From Spirochaetia bacterium (GTDB lineage Bacteria > Spirochaetota > Spirochaetia > SZUA-6 > Bin103), in NCBI GenBank assembly GCA_965203055.1, contig OZ241863.1, positions 2,432,001-2,496,000 on the forward strand: a stretch of 64,000 nt of DNA, read 5' to 3'. The position numbers and the translations under genes are program-made. Shown here piece by piece: positions 43,230 to 53,274 of the stretch; position 1 is the stretch's first letter; the number at the start of each line of letters is the position of its first letter. The notes beneath the pieces are model-generated. The model saw nothing but the letters and a program-made list of their open reading frames with translations, searched no databases and was not told where the DNA came from.

Positions 43230-43231
43230 GG

Positions 43232-43882
43232 TCACCTGCCCGCGTAGTACACCCAGCGCGACGAGGTGCGAAACAGCAGCACGCTCAGGCCGGCTATGAT
43301 CAGGAACAGAATCCAGGCCAGCGCCGAGGCGTAGCCCATCTGAGTCTGCTCGAACGCCTTGTTGTACAGGTAGAGCACGTAGAGCAGGCTCGCGTTGTCG
43401 GGTCCTCCTTCGGTCATCACGTAGGCCTGCACGAAGGTCTGCATGGTGCCGATTACGCTCAGGATCAGGTTGAACAGGATGGTGGGCGTGACCATCGGGA
43501 TGGTGACGTGGCGCATCTTGTGCCAGGGATTGCCGCCGTCGATCTCGACCGCCTCGTAGAATTGCCGGGGGACGCCCTGCAGGCCGGCGAGGAAGATGAT
43601 CATCATCGGTCCGACGTCCCACAGACTCATCAGGATCAGCGCGGGAATGACGCTCGCGCTGCCGTAGATCCACTGCGAACGGGGAAACCCGAGCGGCACC
43701 AGGATGGAGTTGAGCAGGCCGAAGTCGGGGTTGAACAGCCAGATCCACAGCACGCTGCTGGCGATCAGCGGCACGATCGAGGGCAGATAGAAGATGGTGC
43801 GGAAGATCGGCAGGCCGCGGATCTTCTGGTTCAGCAGCACCGCCAGGGCGAACGCCGCCAGCAGGCGCAGGGGGACGCTGCC
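43232..43882 (-). pseudogene. Carbohydrate ABC permease (MalF-like), 5'-truncated
   Basis: FYEAVEIDGG motif; homology starts abruptly at SVPLRLLAAFALAVLLNQ with no start codon or N-terminal TM. Confidence 0.75.
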
Positions 43883-43962
43883 GGGTATTTCCGTGGCTGC
43901 GGGGTTCGCCGGCTTGTCCGGGGGTGAAGGAGCTACCTATACTTGGCGTTGGAGGTTCATAT

Positions 43963-45360
43963 ATGCAACTTGGAAAGGTTCTTTGGCTGGCGCTTGCGGC
44001 CACCGTCGCGAGCGCGGCGCTGGTATATGCGGCCGCCGAGGAAGAAGCGGCAGCCGCTCCCGAGATGGCCCAACCGGTCACCATCGAGTATTGGACGACT
44101 CAGGATCAGTCGGAGCGGCAGGCGACGATCCGCTTGATCGCCGACACGTTCATGGCGCTCAACCCGCACGTCACCGTCAACGTGGTGCCGGTCGCCGAAC
44201 CGGAAGTGCCCGCCCAGCTCTCGGCCGCCGCGGCCGCCGGCAGCCTGCCCGACGTCATCGAGTTCGGCTCCGAGAACGCGATCGCGTTCGGCGCGCAGGG
44301 ACTGCTCGACATGGAGACGCACCACGAGATCATCCGCAGCATCGGCCAGGATCGCTTCTACTCCGGCGCGCTGAGCCTGCTGCGCGCGCCGTCCGGACAG
44401 AACGACTACTACGCGCTGCCGTTCCACGGCTGGATCCAGGGCATCTGGTACCGCACCGACTGGTTCGAGGATGCCGGTCTGGAGCCGCCCGATTCGTGGC
44501 GGAACATCCGCGCCGCGGCCGAGCACTTCTACGACCCGGCGGACAACCAGTACGGCATCCTGGTCGGCACCAAGTCGGAGCCGTACGCCGAGCAGGTGTT
44601 CACCCAGTTCGCCATCTCCAACGGCGCGCGACTGTTCGACGCCGGCGGCAACCTGATCTTCAACTCGCCGGAGATGAAGGAAGCGCTCGAGTACTACCTG
44701 GAGGTGTCGCAGTTCAACCCGCCCGGACCGCAGACCTGGCGCGCCCGCGACTACTACCTGCAGGGCAAGATGGCGATGTTCTTCTACTCGACCTACATCA
44801 TGGACGATCTGGCGCTGCAGGAGGTGGCCGCCGGCTCGCTGACCGGCGACAACTTCGCCGATCTGGCCGGCGGAGACTTCGATCCGGAGCTGGCCAACAA
44901 GACCGGATTCGTGCCGATCATCACCGGCACCGAACCGGCCTCCTACGGCGTGGTGGTGGCGCTCGGGGTCTTCGAACAGGATGACGCCGACCGGCTCGCC
45001 GCGTCCCGCGCCTGGGTGGAGTACCTCTACACCGAGGACGCCTACGTCACCTATCTGCACATGGCGCCCGGCGGCATGAATCCGGTCCTCAAGGGGGTCG
45101 CCGCCAGCGCCGCGTTCGTGGACGATCCGAAGGGGGTGCACGCCCGCTACGGCGCGGAAAAGATGGGCGAGATCGTCGAGGGGCTGGAGAACATCCAGCG
45201 CTTCGGGATCGTCGAGGGCAACCTGATCGAGGACTACGGCACCATCTTCGCGCAGCAGATCATCCCGCAGATGATCTTCCGCATCACCCAGGAGGGTGAG
45301 GATATCGATGCCGCGATGGCGTGGGCCGAAGCGGAAATGAGGAAGGTGATCGACCAGTAG
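43963..45360 (+). CDS. Sugar ABC transporter substrate-binding protein (YcjN-like)
   Basis: GGAGG-ATG, signal peptide, LPDVI, WYRTDW, EQVFTQFAISN, YSTYI. Confidence 0.9.
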   Translation: MQLGKVLWLALAATVASAALVYAAAEEEAAAAPEMAQPVTIEYWTTQDQSERQATIRLIADTFMALNPHVTVNVVPVAEPEVPAQLSAAAAAGSLPDVIEFGSENAIAFGAQGLLDMETHHEIIRSIGQDRFYSGALSLLRAPSGQNDYYALPFHGWIQGIWYRTDWFEDAGLEPPDSWRNIRAAAEHFYDPADNQYGILVGTKSEPYAEQVFTQFAISNGARLFDAGGNLIFNSPEMKEALEYYLEVSQFNPPGPQTWRARDYYLQGKMAMFFYSTYIMDDLALQEVAAGSLTGDNFADLAGGDFDPELANKTGFVPIITGTEPASYGVVVALGVFEQDDADRLAASRAWVEYLYTEDAYVTYLHMAPGGMNPVLKGVAASAAFVDDPKGVHARYGAEKMGEIVEGLENIQRFGIVEGNLIEDYGTIFAQQIIPQMIFRITQEGEDIDAAMAWAEAEMRKVIDQ

Positions 45361-45372
45361 GGCAACCCGTCC

Positions 45373-46248
45373 GTGGCCGGTCACGCCCGGAGCATCCGGG
45401 CTCAGGAAGCGCGCTTTGGCTGGCGGCTGATCGCTCCGTCGGCCGCCGTCATCGCGCTGCTCATCCTGTACCCCATCGGCTACAACGTCTTCCTCAGCTT
45501 CTTCGACGTGCGGCTGCAGGGCGCCAACGTCTACGTTGGCGCCCGCAACTATACCGGGGTACTCGCCGATCCCGCCTTCTGGCGGTCGGCGCTCACCACG
45601 GTGATCTACGTGGCCGGCACCACCGCCGGCACCACGCTGGTGGGGCTCGGCGTGGCCCTGGTCATGAACCAACGCTTCCCGCTGCGCGGGCTGGTGCGGT
45701 CGCTGATCCTGCTGCCCTACATTGCCCCGGTCATCGCCGTCGTCTACGGTTGGCAGTTCATCTTCGACCCGGTCAACGGCATCTTCATGCACGTCACCGT
45801 CGAGATGCTGGGCCTGTTCGAGGAGCGCTTCAATCTGATCGGCGCGCCGCGCAACGCCATCGTGGTCGCGATCCTGTTCAACGTCTGGAAGAACTTCCCG
45901 TTCAGCTACCTGATGCTGCTGTCGTCGCTGCAGGGGATCGACGGCAGCCTCTACGAAGCCGCGCAGATCGACGGCGCGTCGGCGTGGCAGCGGTTCCGCT
46001 TCATCACCCTGCCGGAGATCTTCTTCGTGCTGGGCGCGCTGGTGGTGTTGCGGGTGATCTGGAACTTCAACAAGTTCGAGGAGGTGTTCCTGCTCACCGA
46101 CAACGTGCGGGTGCTGTCGGTGTTCACCTACTTCAAGGCGTTCACCGGCGCCCTGGACCAGGGGCAGGGCGCGGCGCTGGCGCTGATCCAGTTCCTGCTG
46201 CTGGTGGGCTTCATCCTGTTCTACGTAAAGCGGGTGCTGAAGTGGTAG
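45373..46248 (+). CDS. Sugar ABC permease (YcjO-like)
   Basis: LYEAAQIDGA motif. Confidence 0.92.
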   Translation: MAGHARSIRAQEARFGWRLIAPSAAVIALLILYPIGYNVFLSFFDVRLQGANVYVGARNYTGVLADPAFWRSALTTVIYVAGTTAGTTLVGLGVALVMNQRFPLRGLVRSLILLPYIAPVIAVVYGWQFIFDPVNGIFMHVTVEMLGLFEERFNLIGAPRNAIVVAILFNVWKNFPFSYLMLLSSLQGIDGSLYEAAQIDGASAWQRFRFITLPEIFFVLGALVVLRVIWNFNKFEEVFLLTDNVRVLSVFTYFKAFTGALDQGQGAALALIQFLLLVGFILFYVKRVLKW

Positions 46249-47201
46249 GTGGCGCCCGCCTGGCGCAGCGCGCCGGCCTGGCGGCGGCGGTGGCGGCGAT
46301 CCTGCTGTTCGCGCTGTTCCCGTTCGTGCAGATGCTGTCGCTGTCGCTCAAGTACCAGCCGGATTGGGGCAACCCGTCGCTGCTGCCGACAAGGGTGAAC
46401 TGGCAGGCGTACGGGGAGCTGCTGGCGATCGGACAGGATCTGCGGGACGTCCCGGAGTCGGCGCGGCGGCTGCTCGACAACCCGAATCTGAGCGCCGAGC
46501 AACGGCAGGCGATCATCGATCGCTTCCGGGACAGCGGCGACGTGTTTCCGTTCCTGCGCTACTTTCGCAACTCGCTGCTGCTGTCGGGCGTTGCCGCGCT
46601 GGCCTCGCTGGCGCTGGCGACGCTGGGCGCCTACTCGTTCAGCCGCGTCCGCTACCGGGGACGGACGGTGATGCAGCGCGGTGTGCTGTTCGTGTACATG
46701 TTCGGCGGCATCCTGCTGGTAATCCCGCTGTTCCAGCTCACCGTGCGCTCGGGCTTGGCGAGCACCGCCGGCGGCACGTTCGCCGCCGTCCTGGTAATCT
46801 ACCTGGCGCAGACCCTGCCGGTGTCGCTGTACATGCTCGGCAACTACTTCCGCACCATTTCGTTCTCGCTCGAGGAGGCGGCCATGATCGACGGCTGCAG
46901 CCGGGCGGCGACGATCGCCCGCATCATCATTCCGCTGGCGCTGCCGGCGCTGGCGGCGGTCTTCATCTACTCCTTCATGATCGCCTGGAACGAATACCTG
47001 TTCGCCTCGGTGTTCCTCAAGTCGTACAGCGATCTGTATACGCTGCCGCTTGGCCTGCGCGCGCTGTTCACCTCCAAGAACGCGATCTGGGACCGGATCA
47101 TGGCCGGATCGATGCTCACCGCGGCGCCGGTGGTGGCGCTGTTCATGGTGGTGCAGAAGTACATGACGCAGGGCCTCTCCGCCGGCGGCGTAAAGGGATA
47201 G
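46242..47201 (+). CDS. Sugar ABC permease (YcjP-like)
   Basis: LEEAAMIDGC, AWNEYLFA, GGVKG end. Confidence 0.92.
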   Translation: MVGGARLAQRAGLAAAVAAILLFALFPFVQMLSLSLKYQPDWGNPSLLPTRVNWQAYGELLAIGQDLRDVPESARRLLDNPNLSAEQRQAIIDRFRDSGDVFPFLRYFRNSLLLSGVAALASLALATLGAYSFSRVRYRGRTVMQRGVLFVYMFGGILLVIPLFQLTVRSGLASTAGGTFAAVLVIYLAQTLPVSLYMLGNYFRTISFSLEEAAMIDGCSRAATIARIIIPLALPALAAVFIYSFMIAWNEYLFASVFLKSYSDLYTLPLGLRALFTSKNAIWDRIMAGSMLTAAPVVALFMVVQKYMTQGLSAGGVKG

Positions 47202-47202
47202 C

Positions 47203-48462
47203 TCACACGCCGCCCAAACCGGCGGCGGCATCGATCGGTTCCTGGTAGCGGCGCACGGCGCCGCTCAGCGCGTCGGCCACCGCTACCGGCTGCCCGCCGG
47301 CGGCGGACTCCAGCATGGCGTAGCACAGCGCGACCGAGCGCATTCCCTGCTCCACGTCCACCTCCACCGGCGCGCCGTCCATTACCGCGCGCGCCAGTTC
47401 CGCGTATTCGACGGCGATCAGCTTGCGGTCGATGGCCGGGAACTCCAGCTCGTAGCTGCCCAGCCGCTCGCCGCCGAACAGGCGCGCCGTGACCGGCTCC
47501 AGTCGGAACTCCGGCACCAGCTCCAGCAGCTCGGCGCCGCGGCGGCGCTCGCCGTCCCGATCCAGCTCGAAGGCGAGGCCGCGGCGGTCGTGCGGCAGCT
47601 CCAGCGCCCCGTTCGCGCCGTACAGGGCGCGCCGCCACCCGCCCAGACCGTGCGCCGCGTGATCCGCCGCGTATTGGCCCGCGGCGCCGTTGGCGAAGCG
47701 CAACGTGGCGTACACCGCGTCCTCCGCGTCGACCGGGAAGCGCTCCGGCATCTGCCGCTGCCAGCGGCCGTAGACGCCGGCGGGATCCACGCTGCCGCCG
47801 CCCACCGGATTGACCCGCACCGGCTCGTGCAGCCGCGCCTGCGCGTACACCTCCTCCACCGGCCCGCACAGATACTCCATCACGTCGGCGTCATGGACGC
47901 CGGCGTCCACCAGCAGGCCGCCCTCCTGCTTGCGATGGCGCCACACCGAGATGAACATGGCGCCGGCGCCGCCAAAGCCGTGCTGCAGGTAGACGCGCGG
48001 AGCGCCGATGGCGCCGGCGTCGAGCAGCGCCCGCGCCAGCCGGTTCAGCGGGTCGCGGCGAAAGTTCTCCGCCACGCTGACCACCAGTGCCGAGGCGCGC
48101 GCCCGCTGCCGGACGTAGCGGCAGGCGGCAACCGACACCCCGAGCGGCTTTTCCACCATCACGTGCCAGCCCCGCTCCAACGCCGCGGCCAGGCTGTGGT
48201 GATGGTGCCGGGTGCTGGTGGTCACGTCCACCGCCTCGACGCCGAGGCGCGCCAACTCATCGAGGTTCGCTACCGCGGCCGGGCGGGTCCCGAAGTGCCG
48301 CTGGGCGGCCGCCGCGAGCGAGGCGGCATTGTCCGCCACCGGGTCGCACGCCCCCACCAGCCGGTACCGGCTCAGACCGGCGCGGTGCAGCTCCGCCAAG
48401 CCTTCCAGATGGCGGTGCCCCATGCCGCCGCAGCCCACGATCGCCAACGCGATTCGTTCCAT
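47203..48462 (-). CDS. Gfo/Idh/MocA oxidoreductase
   Basis: IVGCGGMG, VEKP, DAGVHDAD. Confidence 0.92.
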   Translation of the reverse strand: MERIALAIVGCGGMGHRHLEGLAELHRAGLSRYRLVGACDPVADNAASLAAAAQRHFGTRPAAVANLDELARLGVEAVDVTTSTRHHHHSLAAALERGWHVMVEKPLGVSVAACRYVRQRARASALVVSVAENFRRDPLNRLARALLDAGAIGAPRVYLQHGFGGAGAMFISVWRHRKQEGGLLVDAGVHDADVMEYLCGPVEEVYAQARLHEPVRVNPVGGGSVDPAGVYGRWQRQMPERFPVDAEDAVYATLRFANGAAGQYAADHAAHGLGGWRRALYGANGALELPHDRRGLAFELDRDGERRRGAELLELVPEFRLEPVTARLFGGERLGSYELEFPAIDRKLIAVEYAELARAVMDGAPVEVDVEQGMRSVALCYAMLESAAGGQPVAVADALSGAVRRYQEPIDAAAGLGGV

Positions 48463-48527
48463 CAGCCCCTCCGGGGCCATGTTACACCGGCTGGCGCCGC
48501 CGGCGTCACTGCGCTACGTTTCAGCCC

Positions 48528-49424
48528 ATGGACCAGATTCCCATCGTCGACACCCACCAGCACCTGTGGGACCTCGATCGATTGTCGTTGCCGTGGCTGA
48601 AGGACGCGCCGCAACTCGCCCGGCACCATCGCATCGACGACTACCTGCGCGAGGCCGACGGTCACGGCGTGACCAAGGCGGTCTACATGGAGGTCGACGT
48701 GGATCCCGTCGATCGGCCGCTCGAACGCGACCTGATCAGCGAGTTGTGCCGCCGGCCGGAGGTGCCCACCGCGGCGGCCGTATTCGGCGCCACCCCCGGC
48801 GGCGAGGGGTTCGCGGCAACCGCTCAGGCGCTGGCCGACAATCCGTATGCCAGGGGCGCCCGCGTGGTGCTGCAGGCGGCGGACCGCCCGCGCGGCTTCT
48901 GCCTGCAGGAACAGTTCGTGGCCGACGTGCGCGCCCTCGGCGCCCGCGGCCTGCTGTTCGACGTCTGCATCCGCCCCGCCGAGTTGCGCGACGCCGCGGA
49001 GCTGGCGCGGCGCTGCGCGGAGATGACGTTGATCCTCGACCACTGCGGCAACGCCGACCCCGGCATCGTGGCCGGCGCCGGCGGCAATCCGGACGACCCC
49101 ACCTACGGCCACGGCCGCGGGCAGTGGCTGGACGACGTGCAGGCGCTCGGCGCGCTCTCCAACGTGGTGTGCAAGATCTCGGGCGTGGTGGCGCGCGCCG
49201 CCCCCGGTTGGAGCGCCGCCGACCTGGCGCCGGCGGTCAACCACTGCATCGACTGCTTCGGCGAAGACCGCATCGTATTCGGCAGCGACTGGCCGGTGTG
49301 CACCTTCGCCGCCAGCCTGGGCGAGTGGATCACGGCGCTGCGGGAGATCATCAGCGTCCGCTCGCCGCGCCTGCAGCGCAAGCTGCTGCACGAAAACGCC
49401 GAACGCATCTACCGCCTCACCTAG
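48528..49424 (+). CDS. Amidohydrolase_2 family protein (sugar lactonase-like)
   Basis: DTHQHLWD, ILDHCG, CKISG, FGSDWP. Confidence 0.92.
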   Translation: MDQIPIVDTHQHLWDLDRLSLPWLKDAPQLARHHRIDDYLREADGHGVTKAVYMEVDVDPVDRPLERDLISELCRRPEVPTAAAVFGATPGGEGFAATAQALADNPYARGARVVLQAADRPRGFCLQEQFVADVRALGARGLLFDVCIRPAELRDAAELARRCAEMTLILDHCGNADPGIVAGAGGNPDDPTYGHGRGQWLDDVQALGALSNVVCKISGVVARAAPGWSAADLAPAVNHCIDCFGEDRIVFGSDWPVCTFAASLGEWITALREIISVRSPRLQRKLLHENAERIYRLT

Positions 49425-49458
49425 CCGAGCTGGCCGGTTCGCCCCGAATGAAGCGTTC

Positions 49459-50685
49459 GTGCGCATACCGCGGGTGACCGCGGCGCCCGGCGCGTTCCGG
49501 TTCCCGGCCTTCCGGCGGGTGTGGGGCGCCGGAGTGCTGATCGCGCTGGCCATCTGGACCGAGCGCCTCGCCGTCGGCTGGCTGATTCTGACCGAGACCG
49601 ACTCGGTGTTCCTCACCGCGGCGTCGTTTGCCGCGCGGCAGGCGCCGGGACTGATCGCGGCGCCGCTGGCCGGAGCGATCAGCGACCGGATGCCGCGCCA
49701 TCGGCTGCTCGGAATCGCCGCCGCGTTCCGGGCGCTGCTGCTGGCGCTGCTGGCGATCTTTGCGCTGGCGGGCCTCGAACCCCTCTGGGTCGCGTTCGCG
49801 CTGATCGCGCTGGCCGGCGTCGGCCAGTCGTTCGAGATCCCGGCCACGCAAGCGCTGGTGACCGATGCCGTGCCGCGCCGCGCGGCGATGAACGCGGTCG
49901 CGCTGCAATCGGTCGGCGCCCGGGGCGTGGGAGCCCTGGGAGGGCTGGTCGGCGGCGTGGTGATCGCCCGGTACGGCATCCCCGCCGCCCTGCTTGCCGG
50001 TGCGGTCGTGTCGCTGATCGGCGGTGTGGTGGTGGGCACGATGCGCGCCCCGGCGGCGCGCAGACCGCGCGCCGGAACCCGTGACGGCTCGGTGCTGCGC
50101 GACGTCGTGGACGGGTTGCGGGTGATGTTGGCCCTTCCATTGGTGCGGACGCTGCTGGCGCTGGCGGTAGTGGTGGAGATGTTCGGGTTCGCCTACCAGT
50201 CGGTGCTGCCCGCCGTGGCCCGCAGCGTGCTCCGGGTAGGCGAGGTGGGATTGGGCCTGCTGAGCATGATGGCCGGCTTCGGTTCGTTGGCCGGAGTGAT
50301 CGCGCTGACCGCGGCCGGCAACGTCCGTCGCCGGGGGCCGCTGCTGATCGGCATCACCGCGGGCTACGGCGCGTGCCTGCTGGCATTCGCTTCCTCCGGC
50401 GTGTTCCCGCTATCGCTGGTCCTGATCACCGGCGTGGGGGCGATGGCCGCGGCCTTCGACGCGATGCAATGGGTCCTGCTGCAGCAGCACGTACCCGACG
50501 AGATGCGCGGCCGGGCGATCGGCGGCTGGGTGTTCGCGATCGGCTTCGGGTGGATCGGTCACTTGGCCCTCGGCGCCGCCGCCGAGACCTTCGGCGTGCA
50601 GTGGGCGCTGGCCGCCACCGGCGCGGCAGTAGTGCTCACCGGCCTCGCCGCCGCCGCCCTGGCCCCAAAACTGCGCTCGGCATAG
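49459..50685 (+). CDS. MFS transporter
   Basis: GAISDRMPR motif A, about 12 hydrophobic segments, EMRGR. Confidence 0.9.
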   Translation: MRIPRVTAAPGAFRFPAFRRVWGAGVLIALAIWTERLAVGWLILTETDSVFLTAASFAARQAPGLIAAPLAGAISDRMPRHRLLGIAAAFRALLLALLAIFALAGLEPLWVAFALIALAGVGQSFEIPATQALVTDAVPRRAAMNAVALQSVGARGVGALGGLVGGVVIARYGIPAALLAGAVVSLIGGVVVGTMRAPAARRPRAGTRDGSVLRDVVDGLRVMLALPLVRTLLALAVVVEMFGFAYQSVLPAVARSVLRVGEVGLGLLSMMAGFGSLAGVIALTAAGNVRRRGPLLIGITAGYGACLLAFASSGVFPLSLVLITGVGAMAAAFDAMQWVLLQQHVPDEMRGRAIGGWVFAIGFGWIGHLALGAAAETFGVQWALAATGAAVVLTGLAAAALAPKLRSA

Positions 50686-50778
50686 TGGACCAAGGCTCGC
50701 TCGCTGATCTCCGCTGCAGCCGGCGGACGGGAAACGATCCCCGACCGCATCGGCTGCAGCGGAATCTCCGTCGGTCAG

Positions 50779-51138
50779 TCAGGAGGCGTTATGCCTCGGG
50801 CCGCCGTTGTAGACCGGGCCGCCGACATCGTCCCAGAAGGTGAACGCGTTGTCGGTGGCGGTATAACCGGTACCAGTCCAGCGGTAGACGGTCCCGCCGG
50901 CCGCCGCCTCCATCTCGGCCTCGGCGAGCGCCGCCGACGGCGGCAGCACCACATGGCTGGTGTCCTTGACGTCCTCGTGCACCTCGATGGTGAAGCCGTC
51001 GGGTATCGTCACCCCCAGCTCATCCTTGATCGTGGCCTTCGGGTCGGCGAGCAACTGGAAGCGGAACGCTCCGTCCTCGGTCGCCTTCTTCACCAAGCGT
51101 GCCCGCATCTCGGCGACAGTCAGAACTTCGTCACTCAT
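50779..51138 (-). CDS. NHLP (nitrile hydratase-like leader) RiPP precursor
   Basis: KATEDGAFRFQLLADPK, HVVLPP, EMEAAAGG leader; 37-aa core; GGAGG RBS and TTGACA-18-TATCCT promoter. Confidence 0.85.
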   Translation of the reverse strand: MSDEVLTVAEMRARLVKKATEDGAFRFQLLADPKATIKDELGVTIPDGFTIEVHEDVKDTSHVVLPPSAALAEAEMEAAAGGTVYRWTGTGYTATDNAFTFWDDVGGPVYNGGPRHNAS

Positions 51139-51221
51139 TACAGGACCTCCCATAGTGTCCGATGATGAAGCAAGGATAGGCTACCGCCGGGCGGCGTGTC
51201 AACGCCCGCACGCTCGGCGGC

Positions 51222-52000
51222 CGCATTTCCAAATTGTAGGTAAAGCGACAGGCCGCTTGGCGGCCCAAGCCCAAGTCCAGCGTAAGATGACGTTTCTCGG
51301 CGTTGATTCACCTCTCCGCGTTGATTCACCGGTCTACGCCTTCGGCAGCGGGCGGGGCTGAACGGAACCGTCGCCTGCCGATCCTCGCCGGGGCGGTCGA
51401 ATCCGGCGCCGGCGTGGCGGTAGCGGTGATGGGCGGCGCACAGCAGGCGGAGATTGTTCGGTTCGGCGGCGCCGCCCTGGGCATACGGCACGACGTGATC
51501 GATCTGCAGCAGGTGTTGGGAGCCGCAGCGCCGCCCGCTGGTGCGGTCCACGTAGCTGCAGCGGCCCCGGTCGCGCCGCCCTCCTTCGCTGCCGAAGTTT
51601 CGGTCCGCGCCGGCGGCGCAGCCCGCGCCGCGCCCGCCGTCGCAGCCTGCCGGCCGGGGTGCCGCGTCTTCGGCGCCGAAGTTGTGTCGCCCGCCGGTTT
51701 CACTGCCGGTTTCACCGCCGAAGTGTCCGGGCAGTCCGGGCGGCGGTTCGCCTTCAACGGCGAAGCGGCTTCGTCTCCCGGCTGCGCCGACTGAGCCGAA
51801 ACCTTCGCCGCCGAAGGAGCGGCGCTGTCTGCGCCGCGAGCCGAGGCTGGCTGCGTCTTCGGCGCCGAAGTCTGCTCGGCGCTTTGGCCGGCGCGGCGCG
51901 CCGCCCGCGCGGCGGCCGGGCCGGATCGTGGCGGTCGAGCCCTTCCCGCACCAGCCGCCCCATGAGCTGCCCCAACGTCAGGTGCGGATCGACGTGGGAT
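51222..52000 (-). mobile_element. Degenerate copy 2 of the HNH element (3' part plus repeat copy b)
   Basis: Near-identical blocks to 33982-34670 with small deletions; 5' half missing. Confidence 0.8.
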
Positions 52001-52098
52001 CGCCTTGGCGCTCGCTCGCAGCGCACCTTGACAATTACCAACTACGCCCTTAACCTGTCCCGACGAACCAGGACTGTCCACCGACGTTCCGACGGGAA

Positions 52099-52722
52099 GT
52101 GATGATGCCGCGATTTGCTATTCGCTCCATCAAGGAAAACGGGAGATCACGCATTACTGATCCACTCCTGAAGAGATATGAGAAGTACGTACAAAGCATC
52201 GACGATCGCAACGTCGGTATCCTGAAGTTCAGAGAATCAGAGGATATCTCTCTAGCGCGGAAGGCGCTCCGACTTGCCGGCGACGAAATGGACCTTGATC
52301 TGATTATCTGGCGGCCGCGAGGTATCAATGAATTGCAGTTCCGGCTGCGAGACAAGAAACGCTCAGCCATTGAGATGGATCGCTATTCTAGGCATCAAGG
52401 TGGTCTGATGGCTGCGCGCGAAAAGACGGTCAGGATATGGAGGCTTGATCGATCCGAAACAGATCGTATCTTTGACGGATCAAATTCGGTAGTCCACAAG
52501 TGGCGACAACATGGCTTCCTACGGGATGCGATCGCTGATCTTGATGAGGCTACCGACCTGCTCTGCCTCTATCTGAAGCAAGATCGAATACCAAGTGTTG
52601 TGCGTAGACCAATCCCGGCGCGCGATGAAGTTTCGTTGATCGAGATGTTGGAGCGGGGAGACTCGAAGACGCTACTGGCAACATGCCGTGACATGTTCCG
52701 GTTCGAACAGGTCCACGCCTGA
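52099..52722 (+). CDS. Xre/MbcA-like antitoxin of a RES pair (start uncertain, possibly 52408)
   Basis: C-terminal DLL..YLKQDRIPSVVRRP; directly upstream of the RES gene; low GC. Confidence 0.6.
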   Translation: MMMPRFAIRSIKENGRSRITDPLLKRYEKYVQSIDDRNVGILKFRESEDISLARKALRLAGDEMDLDLIIWRPRGINELQFRLRDKKRSAIEMDRYSRHQGGLMAAREKTVRIWRLDRSETDRIFDGSNSVVHKWRQHGFLRDAIADLDEATDLLCLYLKQDRIPSVVRRPIPARDEVSLIEMLERGDSKTLLATCRDMFRFEQVHA

Positions 52723-52725
52723 AGG

Positions 52726-53253
52726 ATGCGGCGGGAGAGAATTCGCGACCTTCATACGTGGTGGCGTATCGCCGATCCTTCTTGGCTCCAACCACTCGAT
52801 CCGAGGCACGCGCAGCGACACGGAGGACGCTGGAATCCGCCTAACAGCTTCCCGGTGCTGTACCTCAACGAAGACAAGCGTACGGCACGCCATAATCTCG
52901 CTACTTTCGTCGCTAGACAGCCGTACACGATAGACGAACTCCGTGACGAAATGAGACCCGCTTTGGTGGGCTGCCATCTGCCGCGTAACCAGGAAGTATG
53001 CGACGTCCACTCACCCGCGGGTCTGCGCGCCGTCGGACTTCCGGTCACGTACCCGTGGGAGAATGGCCAGTTGATACCTCACGTTCGCTGTCAGCCCATC
53101 GGCAAGCAGGTAAAGGCGGCGTCCTTGCGCGGTGTTCTTGCCCGTTCGGCGCAGTCTCCGAACGGGCTTGGTCGAGAGCTGGCGTGGTTCCCGGCTACCA
53201 TTCGCTCGCGAGCCCGACAAGTACAGGCGCTGGTGTTCGCGGTATGGTACTAG
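52726..53253 (+). CDS. RES-domain toxin
   Basis: WWRI, GGRWNPP..FPVLY, ARSA, ELAWF. Confidence 0.85.
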   Translation: MRRERIRDLHTWWRIADPSWLQPLDPRHAQRHGGRWNPPNSFPVLYLNEDKRTARHNLATFVARQPYTIDELRDEMRPALVGCHLPRNQEVCDVHSPAGLRAVGLPVTYPWENGQLIPHVRCQPIGKQVKAASLRGVLARSAQSPNGLGRELAWFPATIRSRARQVQALVFAVWY

Positions 53254-53274
53254 CCTGCCGCATACCGCGGCGGC

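Noticed and set aside
50779..50892. Spliceotide or lanthipeptide assignment for the NHLP core
   Set aside because: No XYG motif and no Cys in the core; no maturase nearby
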